From positions 1 through 21,449 of the forward strand of contig WBXG01000028.1 of assembly GCA_008932965.1 (NCBI GenBank): a stretch of DNA of 21,449 nucleotides, written 5' to 3'. The position numbers and the translations under genes are program-made. The stretch is from Verrucomicrobiota bacterium (GTDB taxonomy: Bacteria; Verrucomicrobiota; Verrucomicrobiia; Chthoniobacterales; UBA6821). The notes below the pieces were generated by a model that did not search any database, was not told the origin of the DNA, and worked only from the letters and a program-made list of their open reading frames with translations. Within the stretch, counting starts at the first letter, position 1; every line of letters begins with the position of its first letter. This document shows, piece by piece, positions 7,889 through 15,869 of this stretch.

Positions 7889-8720
7889 AAAATTCAATCA
7901 CCATTGCTGTTGCATTGTCTCTTCCAGATCGCTCGACAGCCTCTTCGACGAGATGTTGTGCTAGTGGTTTTTTTGTAGACTCCGTTAAAATTTCCAATAG
8001 TTGAGCATCAAAAATTCCATCGGTCACGCCATCCGAGCAAAGCAAAAAGCGATCGCCCGGAGCGCAAGTCAGAGAGCCGACGTGTGGTGTGATAAATTGA
8101 TGATCAGCTCCAAGCACTTTTTGAAGCAGATTACGGCGAGGGTGATTTTTTGCCTCACGTTCATTGATCATTCCTTGGCGAAAGAGCCATCCGACATGGG
8201 TGTCATCCTCAGAAATTTGAGAGATCCCCCCTTTCTTTGGGAGATGATAAAAACGACTATCACCGATGTGTGCAAAATAAAGCCTTCCAGGACGCAACCA
8301 ACACATGGTCAAAGTTGTCCCCATACCACGGCATTCCTCATAGCTATTACTGAGAAAAAGAAGAGCTCGATGAATTTCGTGAAACAGCGCGATCAGGAGC
8401 TGATTGGCAGAATCATCTTCTGGAGCATGATCACGCTTTGGCATTTTATCTAATTGATTCAAGTAAGAAGGAAGCATTTTGGTTATTTTTTCAACTGCAA
8501 TCCGACTGGCAAATTCCCCTGCCATTGCTCCCCCCATCCCATCACTCACGGCAAAGACGTAGTCTTTAGAAGCATCGGAAGCTTCTCCGATTTTCCCCAA
8601 ATAACGCACCTCGTGCACATCAAGTGAGAGACCTAAAAAACTATCTTCATTATTTTTGCGTACATGTCCGATATCAGTGTGCCCCGACCAGCGCACGGTT
8701 ATTGATGATGAAGAGTTCAT
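7884..8720 (-). CDS. PP2C-family Ser/Thr protein phosphatase
   Basis: GHTDIGHVRKNNEDSF and VSDGMGGAMAGEFAS metal-binding motifs, and the C-terminal LLCSDGVTD...DNATAMVIEF block. Confidence 0.85.
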   Translation of the reverse strand: MNSSSSITVRWSGHTDIGHVRKNNEDSFLGLSLDVHEVRYLGKIGEASDASKDYVFAVSDGMGGAMAGEFASRIAVEKITKMLPSYLNQLDKMPKRDHAPEDDSANQLLIALFHEIHRALLFLSNSYEECRGMGTTLTMCWLRPGRLYFAHIGDSRFYHLPKKGGISQISEDDTHVGWLFRQGMINEREAKNHPRRNLLQKVLGADHQFITPHVGSLTCAPGDRFLLCSDGVTDGIFDAQLLEILTESTKKPLAQHLVEEAVERSGRDNATAMVIEFL

Positions 8721-8798
8721 ACGAATTTTAAAAAAGAGGGATTAAAATAGAGTTTTTTTCACAAAGGCGCTCTATTCAAGCACCTCTTTGTAGCAACT

Positions 8799-9200
8799 TC
8801 ACTTTTGAAAAACAGATTCATTTTTTTCGTTTAAAATAGTTGCAAATTCAAAATCGATGAGGCAAAAACGACCATCTTGGTGACGGTAGGTCACATTGCG
8901 CATATCCGGATCATCATGGTGGACTCCATATTCTTCAAGATCATCAAAGAGCTCTTTTTGCCTCTTTTTATCGAGATGTTCGATACGACTTCCGCAGCTT
9001 GTAGTCACGATCTTTAAATGCGATTCATCAACTTCCAAGAGTCGAGGAACAAAAAGACACGATTTTGACTCAAGATAGCGAAGCACCTTCACTTCATTGA
9101 GAAAGCGTTCATGAGCCTTCGGTCCATGGAATTGTTTGATCACACGCCCATCAAAGGTGACATGAACAGTAGATCGTAACGTCTCTTTGATGGTCTGCAT
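8799..9200 (-). CDS. Very short (133 aa) protein-kinase-like ORF
   Basis: Kinase-core landmarks appear in the right order: candidate beta3 Lys in RVIKQF, alphaC-like ERFLNEVKVLRYL, an HxDxxxxN-type catalytic loop HDDPDMRN, and a DFG-like LIDFEFA. There is no Gly-rich loop and nothing after the DFG-like motif. It is co-oriented with the PP2C gene, 78 nt upstream. Confidence 0.45.
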   Translation of the reverse strand: MQTIKETLRSTVHVTFDGRVIKQFHGPKAHERFLNEVKVLRYLESKSCLFVPRLLEVDESHLKIVTTSCGSRIEHLDKKRQKELFDDLEEYGVHHDDPDMRNVTYRHQDGRFCLIDFEFATILNEKNESVFQK

Positions 9201-9265
9201 TGTTGAAAAAATATTATGGTGTATTTAATTGAAAAGGGGACGAAAGAAGCACTTCATTTTTTTCT

Positions 9266-9450
9266 TAGCAGGGATGTTTCATAGTGAAGGGGCATAAGGT
9301 GCCGTGCAAAGCTTATTAGGAGAAGGTGGCCGAAGGATTGTAAAACCTGGCTTTAGGAGTTCCTACCGCCCAAGTCAAAATAAGAGTCTCATGCAGTATT
9401 GAACTACTTTTACGGCTTCCGTAGGTGATCAGCATAAAATATCCCTGTTA
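9266..9450 (+). mobile_element. 185-bp MITE-like element (subfamily 2, copy A) in the glnII upstream region
   Basis: Left end TA+GCAGGGATGTTTCATAGTG. The right end reads TA+ACAGGGATATTTTATGCTG on the reverse complement. Its interior can be aligned with copy B at 13161-13345 (CAAAGCTYATTAG, TAGGAGTYCCWACCGYCCAAKTC, ATGCAGTA, CCGTA blocks). TA flanks both ends. Confidence 0.75.
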
Positions 9451-9541
9451 ATAAGATTCAAAAAGTAACTTGATAGAAATGAATTTTTTTTTAACATGGT
9501 TATTTTAGCAAGTACTCATTTACACCCCATTATAGCATCAC

Positions 9542-10558
9542 ATGACTCCCTACAAATTAGAATATATCTGGCTTGACGGTTATGAACCTGTTGCCAATCT
9601 TCGTAGCAAATTACAGGTCAAACAGTTTCCCTCGGAGCCTACACTCGAAGAGATTCCGATGTGGAGCTTTGATGGTAGCTCCACACGCCAAGCCGAAGGC
9701 AAAAGTTCTGATTGTATGTTAAAACCGGTGGCACTCTATCCTGATGTCACCATGGAAAATGCCTATTTAGTGATGTGCGAGGTCATGATGCCCGATGGAA
9801 CCCCACACCCATCGAATACACGTGCTACTATTTTAGATGCCCCCGATGCTTGGTTTGGTTTTGAACAAGAATATTTTCTTTACCAGGAGGGACGCCCCCT
9901 TGGTTTCCCAAAAGAGGGCTACCCTGGACCACAAGGTCCCTACTACTGTGGCGTTGGATATTCTAATATCGGCTCTATGGCACGCCAAATGGTCTACGAA
10001 CATCTTGAAATCTGCTTAGCAGCCGGTATTCATCATGAGGGAATTAATGCCGAAGTAGCCAAAGGACAATGGGAATTCCAGATTTTTGGTAAAGGTTCTA
10101 AAAAGGCTGCCGATGAGGTTTGGGTCGCCCGCTACCTTCTGCAACGTCTTGGAGAAAGCTATGGTATCGATGTAGAATACCATTGCAAACCTCTGGGCAA
10201 GGATCTTGATTGGAATGGTTCTGGAATGCATTGTAATTTCTCTACAAACCAGATGCGCGAGCAAGGTGGTAAAGAATATTTTGATAAGCTCATGATTGCT
10301 TTTGATAAATACAAAAATGAACACATTGCCGTATATGGTCCTGACAATCATTTGCGCCTCACTGGACTTCACGAGACACAGTCGATTGATAAATTTAACT
10401 ATGGTATTGCTAATCGTGGCGCTTCCATTCGAGTTCCTCACACATTCGTTAATAATGATTATAAAGGATACTTGGAAGATCGCCGACCTAACTCTCAAGG
10501 GGATCCCTACAAGATTGCTGGTCGCATCTTACAAACAATAGCTACAGTAAAGTCCTAA
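9542..10558 (+). CDS. glnII: Glutamine synthetase type II (GSII, eukaryote-like)
   Basis: KLEYIWLDG N-terminus, FGFEQEYFL, AKGQWEFQ, GSGMHCNFST and NRGASIRVP motifs, with the GSII-typical length of 338 aa. Confidence 0.9.
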   Translation: MTPYKLEYIWLDGYEPVANLRSKLQVKQFPSEPTLEEIPMWSFDGSSTRQAEGKSSDCMLKPVALYPDVTMENAYLVMCEVMMPDGTPHPSNTRATILDAPDAWFGFEQEYFLYQEGRPLGFPKEGYPGPQGPYYCGVGYSNIGSMARQMVYEHLEICLAAGIHHEGINAEVAKGQWEFQIFGKGSKKAADEVWVARYLLQRLGESYGIDVEYHCKPLGKDLDWNGSGMHCNFSTNQMREQGGKEYFDKLMIAFDKYKNEHIAVYGPDNHLRLTGLHETQSIDKFNYGIANRGASIRVPHTFVNNDYKGYLEDRRPNSQGDPYKIAGRILQTIATVKS

Positions 10559-10585
10559 TCTTGCTAATCCCCCAACCGTTGATAT

Positions 10586-13126
10586 TTATTCCTCAAATGG
10601 TATTGGCTTAGGTGATGGAAGATTCATGACAGGAAGTGCACTTGGAAGATCCATGGGACGAACGCGCTCTGCACGACGCACTTCAGGATTTACTGGAATG
10701 GCCTTCTCCACAGGAATTGGTTTTTTCGTAGATTTTGATTTTTCTAATCCTGGTGATCGAGCTATGGCGGCTGCAGGTTCAGAAATAGTAGATCTTTCGT
10801 CTATGGCAATGGCTTTTGCTACAGGAATGTTGGTGTTTTCTGGTTGCTGGGCAAGAGGAGGAAGGAGTGTCTGATAGGCATCTGCAGAAGCAAGAAGGGT
10901 AGGCCCTGTTACTGCAATTGGAGAAATAGGAGCAAGATCAACAGCTGAGACTGCACGTGGCCACTCCTCGAGTTCATAATCTTTTGTATAGTTGGGAGAA
11001 ATATTCCCATGAACATCACAGTCACGGGTTGGTATCTCAGCATCCGTGGCATACTCGGCAACCACTGTGTTAGCCTCGTAGCAGGCATCTGTTGCTCGTA
11101 AACCAGAGGAACGACAGATACTTTCCTGATGTAGCGATGATGGTCGAGTGATCGGCTTGGGAGGAAATGTCGTAAGTGAGGCATTCATGACTGCTGCCCA
11201 GACGGGTAATGCAAGGTCTTTTCCAAAGGCACCACGATAAATTTTTTGTGGTTTATCAAAACCAAGCCAGACACCACAAGTAACCTCACTGGAATAACCG
11301 ATGAACCACGCATCGGTAAAATCGTAGGCAGTTCCACTCTTACCCCCTGAGGGAAAGAGTGGAAGATTCTCTTTTTTGATTTCAGAAGCATCCGTGTGAT
11401 GCAGGGCATCATCTAAAATAGAGTGTGTTTGAAAAGCAACCTCGGGAGAAATAACATCGAGACGTTTGAGAGGGGTTTCAAAAAGCAAGGAACCATCGGC
11501 ATCAGTAATTTTTTTAATTGTATAAAGTTTTTCAGGACGACTCCCTTCTCCTGGAAAGAGAGAGAAAGCGAGTGTTAAGTCATCAAGTTCCATTTCACTG
11601 GATCCAAGATAGGCATTAGAAACCTCACGCACAGGCGCATGAATCCCTGCCTGGGCACAAAATTGCTTTAAAGCATCTGTTCCAGTTAAAAAACCTAAGC
11701 GCACAACAGCAGCATTTTTTCCTCGTGCCACTGCTTCATGAGAAGTCATTGGGCCTTCGTAGCCATTATCGACACACTCTACCCCCCATTCCCCCAAAAT
11801 ACCGGTTTCTCCCCCAATCATGACATAATGATTATCCATACAACTATCATCAACCACCTCCCCTGGAAAAATTCCTTTGTTATAAGCAGCGGCTGCAACC
11901 AGCGGTGTAAAAAGGGTTCCTGGTGGGCGCCGTCCTTGTAATGCACGATTATACTCGCTATGCATGAAGTCACGCCCCCCCACTAAGGCCAAAATTCCCC
12001 CAGTATGATTATCAATAGTGAGAACAGCTCCCTGCAAGTAACCAGGTGTTGGAAAGTTAACAAAGCCCCCTTTTGCCACGATTTCCTCTAGTCCACGATG
12101 GCGTGCGTGATAATCTGCATAAGTTTCATGATCATATCCTTTGGTGAGGTCAATGCGGTCGAGTTCTTGGTGCAATGCATTTTCTGCCACTTGTTGGAGA
12201 TGAAGATCCAAGGTGGTATCGATTCGAACCCCTCCATTCATGGCTCGCTGGTATCCTAAGGCTGCAATCGCTTGCTGTCGTACTAAGTCAATGGCATAGG
12301 AAACTTTAAAAGGATTACTTCTTTTTTGGACACCCAAAGGAAGCTGAAGTGCCTCTTGGCACTCTTTTTTATTCATAAAACCTAATTCATACATACGGTT
12401 TAAAACAAAATCACGTACTCCGAATGCTCCTTTGGGATTATTCCAGGGAGAGAGCGCATTAGGACTTTTTAGTAATCCTGCTAGGAGCGCACTTTCACTG
12501 ACGTTTAAGGAACCAGCATGCTTGCCAAAGTACCCCATTGCAGCTGCTTCAACCCCATAAAAACCGCTTCCAAAATAGACCCGATTTAAATAGAGCTCCA
12601 TAATTTTTTCTTTTGTCAAATGACGCTCAATACGATGGGCCAAAAACATTTCTAAAATCTTGCGTTGAATACTCCGCTCGCGAAGATCAAAAGAATTTCG
12701 TGCCAATTGTTGAGTCACAGTACTAGCCCCTTGCTTAATACGGCCTTGTCGGTAGTTGCTAATGGCAGCACGAAGAACTCCAAAATAATCGACTCCATGG
12801 TGCTCAAAAAATCGATTGTCCTCCTCAGCCACAATGGCATTCACCATAGTCTTAGGAATGTCTGAATAATGGATGGGCAATCGATTTTGAATAAATATTT
12901 TTCCAATCTCTACTCCATTACGATCATAGATAACACTCGCAGACTCCATCTTCTCAAGCTTAGAGAGATCAAAACCTTCCACCTGATTTGCAAATCTATA
13001 GTAAAGGTAAGCATAACCAACAAGACCACCTAGAGTTCCTAACATAAGAAAACTGACCAGGAGCATCAACCACCCACGTCGATACCATGGTCTCTTCTCA
13101 GATTTTTCCCAGCTGTAATAGTTCAT
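10586..13126 (-). CDS. Class A penicillin-binding protein (PBP1A-like). The GT51 glycosyltransferase is intact, the transpeptidase domain has degenerate catalytic motifs, and there is a Pro-rich C-terminal tail.
   Basis: GT51 motifs EDNRFFEHHGVD, GASTVTQQLARN, RKILEM and KEKIMELYLNRVYFG. The transpeptidase-homologous region has PGTLFTP, ARGKNAAV and KSGT. Confidence 0.85.
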   Translation of the reverse strand: MNYYSWEKSEKRPWYRRGWLMLLVSFLMLGTLGGLVGYAYLYYRFANQVEGFDLSKLEKMESASVIYDRNGVEIGKIFIQNRLPIHYSDIPKTMVNAIVAEEDNRFFEHHGVDYFGVLRAAISNYRQGRIKQGASTVTQQLARNSFDLRERSIQRKILEMFLAHRIERHLTKEKIMELYLNRVYFGSGFYGVEAAAMGYFGKHAGSLNVSESALLAGLLKSPNALSPWNNPKGAFGVRDFVLNRMYELGFMNKKECQEALQLPLGVQKRSNPFKVSYAIDLVRQQAIAALGYQRAMNGGVRIDTTLDLHLQQVAENALHQELDRIDLTKGYDHETYADYHARHRGLEEIVAKGGFVNFPTPGYLQGAVLTIDNHTGGILALVGGRDFMHSEYNRALQGRRPPGTLFTPLVAAAAYNKGIFPGEVVDDSCMDNHYVMIGGETGILGEWGVECVDNGYEGPMTSHEAVARGKNAAVVRLGFLTGTDALKQFCAQAGIHAPVREVSNAYLGSSEMELDDLTLAFSLFPGEGSRPEKLYTIKKITDADGSLLFETPLKRLDVISPEVAFQTHSILDDALHHTDASEIKKENLPLFPSGGKSGTAYDFTDAWFIGYSSEVTCGVWLGFDKPQKIYRGAFGKDLALPVWAAVMNASLTTFPPKPITRPSSLHQESICRSSGLRATDACYEANTVVAEYATDAEIPTRDCDVHGNISPNYTKDYELEEWPRAVSAVDLAPISPIAVTGPTLLASADAYQTLLPPLAQQPENTNIPVAKAIAIDERSTISEPAAAIARSPGLEKSKSTKKPIPVEKAIPVNPEVRRAERVRPMDLPSALPVMNLPSPKPIPFEE

Positions 13127-13160
13127 ATCAGTGATATTGCTTAGAGCAGTCGCAATGAAT

Positions 13161-13345
13161 TAACCTGCATATTTCATACTGAAGTGTCCTGAGGCGACGT
13201 TCAAAGCTCATTAGTACAAGACGTGCTAAGGAGTTGATACCGAGCTGTAGGAGTCCCAACCGTCCCAATCGCCATTTGAAATCAATGCAGTAGCCATAGA
13301 GCTTTCCAGAAGCCGTAATAGATGGAGTGTAAAATATTCAGGTTA
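13161..13345 (+). mobile_element. 185-bp MITE-like element (subfamily 2, copy B) between the PBP1A start and tRNA-Leu
   Basis: Left end TA+ACCTGCATATTTCATACTG. The right end reads TA+ACCTGAATATTTTACACTC on the reverse complement (16/19). TA flanks both ends. The right-hand interior (GAGCTTTCCAGAAGCCGTAATAGAT) is nearly identical to the element at 15867-16048. Confidence 0.8.
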
Positions 13346-13436
13346 AAACTCTCTGTGATTCAATGCGGTCTTTCTTCACACTTTAAAAAACTTTTGAAGA
13401 AATCCTCTCTTGACTCAAACTGGAAACACAACCATT

Positions 13437-13520
13437 TACCGGCGGAGGGGTTCGAACCCACACATCCTTGCGGATACCAGATTTTGAGTCTAGCGCGTCT
13501 GCCAGTTTCGCCACGCCGGC
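13437..13520 (-). tRNA. tRNA-Leu (anticodon CAA), type II with a long variable arm. CCA is not encoded.
   Basis: The reverse complement reads GCCGGCG TG GCGAAACTGGCAGACGC G CTAGA CTCAAAA TCTGG TATCCGCAAGGATGT GTGGG TTCGAAC CCCTC CGCCGGT A. This gives a cloverleaf with a CUCAAAA anticodon loop and a GTTCGAA T-loop. Confidence 0.85.
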
Positions 13521-13607
13521 TTGTTTGCGATACAGTCGCTAAGACTACTCGTTTAAAATCTATTTATTCAATCTAAATCCCGTCGTTAAAATGGATAAAT
13601 TCTCTCC

Positions 13608-13628
13608 TTTAGATGAAATATCCGGGCT
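13608..13628 (+). repeat. Solo right-end TIR fragment of the MITE family (TTTAGATGAAATATCCGGGCT)
   Basis: Matches the right end of the 15867-16048 element (TTTAGTGTGAAATATCCGGGCT) with one substitution and one 1-nt gap. There is no matching left end between it and the tRNA. Confidence 0.6.
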
Positions 13629-13705
13629 TGGGCAAAACTCATTCACATTAAAAAAAACTAGAGGTCATAAGTGCGTTTGTTACCATTGTGCGGTGATCTC
13701 TTTCT

Positions 13706-14036
13706 TAGCCCGAATATTTCAAACTCATCACCTGCAGAGACTGGGAAGCCAGATAAATTCTGCGTTAGCCCGCCTATTTCATACTTGTTCATCGCGAGGC
13801 GACGCGAATCCCGATGCAGAAACCACCGGCGGTCAGGAGACCATGGGGGAGACTGCCCTGGCTTTAAGGGGGCAGCCCGGAAAGGGCGAGACGAGCGGGA
13901 GCGAGCGAGTCAACGAAGGTGATGGATTGCAACGACGGCTGTATGTCTCATACTGCCCGAGGAGCAATTCGAGGCTGACGCAGTATCCATCAGTTGTTCG
14001 CAAGCTGCAGCAGAATCAGTATGAAATATTCGGGTT
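13706..14036 (+). mobile_element. Composite or nested MITE cluster upstream of amtB: a solo left TIR (13706-13727), then a 271-bp composite unit (13766-14036) made of module 1 (13766-13866) plus a D-type element with an eroded left TIR
   Basis: TA+GCCCGAATATTTCAAACT at 13706 and TA+GCCCGCCTATTTCATACT at 13766. Module 1 is about 88% identical by eye to 21240-21340. The right part aligns with 15867-16048 (CGAAGG.TGATGG, CTGT.TGT..CATACTGCCCGAGGA, ACGCAGTA) and ends with the right TIR CAGTATGAAATATTCGGGT (14017-14035). Confidence 0.8.
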
Positions 14037-14052
14037 GCCTCACCGTTTTAAA

Positions 14053-15489
14053 ATGTCACTCTTGTTTCTGATTTTTTTTATCAGTAGCGCTATAGGAGCT
14101 CCAGTCAGGGAAACAGGCTCTCAACCTTTTTCTGTAGAACAGCGTCTCTCCTATTTGGAAGCGATGCTTCATAATGAAGATCCCTCATTAACAGGAATGG
14201 TTTCAGTAGCCGCTCCGTGGCATACTGCTTGGATGATGGTTGCTGCACTTTTAGTTCTTTTCATGGTGCTTCCTGGACTTGCTCTTTTTTATGGTGGGCT
14301 TGTTCGTCAAAAAAATGTCCTTTCTATTTTAGCAACCTGCCTAGGCATTGCCGGTCTGGTCATTATTCTTTGGTGGGCTTTTGGCTACAGTTTGGTCTTT
14401 GGTCATAATTTTCATTCACCTTTCTTAGGAGGTTCTGAATATTTTTTCCTTCAAGGAGTTAACTCATTACCCAATACCAATTATGCTTATTGGATCCCTC
14501 AAAATATTTTTTGCATCTATGAACTTGCCTTTGCGATCATTACTCCAGCTCTTATTTTTGGAGCAAGTGCAGAGCGAATGAAATTTTCAGCAGTCCTTTT
14601 TTATTCCTTTCTCTGGATGTTCTGCATCTATTTTCCCTTAGCCCATATGGTTTGGGGGAGCAATGGACTCCTTAATGGACTCCTCAATCCAGAGGCCTGG
14701 ATTCCTGCACTTGATTTTGCAGGGGGCACAGTTGTTCATATGTCTTCAGGGTGGTCCGCCTTGGTGCTTTGTATCATTCTTGGAAAACGTTTGGGACATG
14801 GAAAGGAACCGATGATGCCTCATAGTCTTGTTTTAACAGTCGTGGGAACCGGTATCCTTTGGATTGGATGGTATGGATTCAATGCAGGAAGCGCTCTCGG
14901 AGTCGATAGCATTGCGATGAATGCCTTCATGACAACAACTCTGGCAGCAGGAGCAGGCTGCCTAACGTGGCCTACAATAGAATTTTTATTCCGTGGAAAA
15001 CTCAGCGTTTTGGGATTTTGCTCTGGAGCGGTTGCGGGACTCGTAGCAGTGACTCCAGCATGCGGTTTTATCAATAGCGCTGGAGCAATTTGGAGCGGCT
15101 TTATTGCTGCAATCGTAACGTACTTTGCCTGCACAACATTCAAGAAAATATTTCATTACGATGATGCCCTCGATAGCTTTGGAATTCATGGAGTTGGGGG
15201 AACCATAGGGGCTCTCTTAACCGGAGTTTTTGCGACATCAACGGTGAATGCACATCTGATTTCCCCAATTACTATTAATAATGGACTGGAGCATGCTTTA
15301 AAAAATCAAACCATTTGGTTGATACAAGCAAAAGCACTTGGTATGTCTCTTCTCTACGTCGTTATTGTCAGCCTCGTAATTGCAGCTATCGTTAATGGAA
15401 TCATCGGTCTGCGTGCCAGTCAGGAGGCTGAAGCACAAGGACTCGATATCAGCGATCATGGTGAAGAAGGATATACCTTGAATGGTTAG
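14053..15489 (+). CDS. amtB: Ammonium transporter (Amt family) with an N-terminal signal peptide
   Basis: Start re-set to the ATG at 14053 (MSLLFLIFFISSAIGAP signal-like sequence). The 154 codons upstream in the listed ORF are translations of the MITE cluster. Amt signatures are DFAGGTVVHMSSGWSAL, WYGFNAGSA and FGIHGVGGTIGALLTG. Confidence 0.9.
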   Translation: MSLLFLIFFISSAIGAPVRETGSQPFSVEQRLSYLEAMLHNEDPSLTGMVSVAAPWHTAWMMVAALLVLFMVLPGLALFYGGLVRQKNVLSILATCLGIAGLVIILWWAFGYSLVFGHNFHSPFLGGSEYFFLQGVNSLPNTNYAYWIPQNIFCIYELAFAIITPALIFGASAERMKFSAVLFYSFLWMFCIYFPLAHMVWGSNGLLNGLLNPEAWIPALDFAGGTVVHMSSGWSALVLCIILGKRLGHGKEPMMPHSLVLTVVGTGILWIGWYGFNAGSALGVDSIAMNAFMTTTLAAGAGCLTWPTIEFLFRGKLSVLGFCSGAVAGLVAVTPACGFINSAGAIWSGFIAAIVTYFACTTFKKIFHYDDALDSFGIHGVGGTIGALLTGVFATSTVNAHLISPITINNGLEHALKNQTIWLIQAKALGMSLLYVVIVSLVIAAIVNGIIGLRASQEAEAQGLDISDHGEEGYTLNG

Positions 15490-15515
15490 CTTGAATCCGA
15501 CTCCCAGATCGATAA

Positions 15516-15866
<351 letters not shown>

Positions 15867-15869
<3 letters not shown>

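Noticed and set aside
9201-9541. Possible glutamine riboswitch or other structured leader upstream of glnII
   Set aside because: The structured-looking part (9266-9450) aligns along its length with the element at 13161-13345, which is not next to a nitrogen gene. I could not recognise the glnA-motif core. No sigma-54 type GG-N10-GC spacing fits either (the TGG..GCA candidate near 9508-9521 has the wrong spacing).
10016-10498. 160-aa antisense ORF inside glnII, and similar antisense or out-of-frame ORFs inside obg, fabG, the PP2C gene, the PBP1A gene, amtB and the ABC transporter gene
   Set aside because: All are nested in genes with strong motif-level support on the other strand or frame. 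None shows recognisable domains.
13322-13576. 84-aa plus-strand ORF spanning the tRNA-Leu locus
   Set aside because: It starts inside a MITE right arm and runs antisense through the tRNA gene, so it is not credible as a coding sequence.
13591-14052. The 5' 462 nt of the 632-aa ORF listed for amtB (MDKFSPLDEISGLGQ...)
   Set aside because: This stretch is a read-through translation of MITE sequence, covering a solo TIR, module 1 and a D-type element. The same DNA recurs non-coding elsewhere in the window. A signal-peptide-like Met at 14053 gives a normal-length Amt protein.
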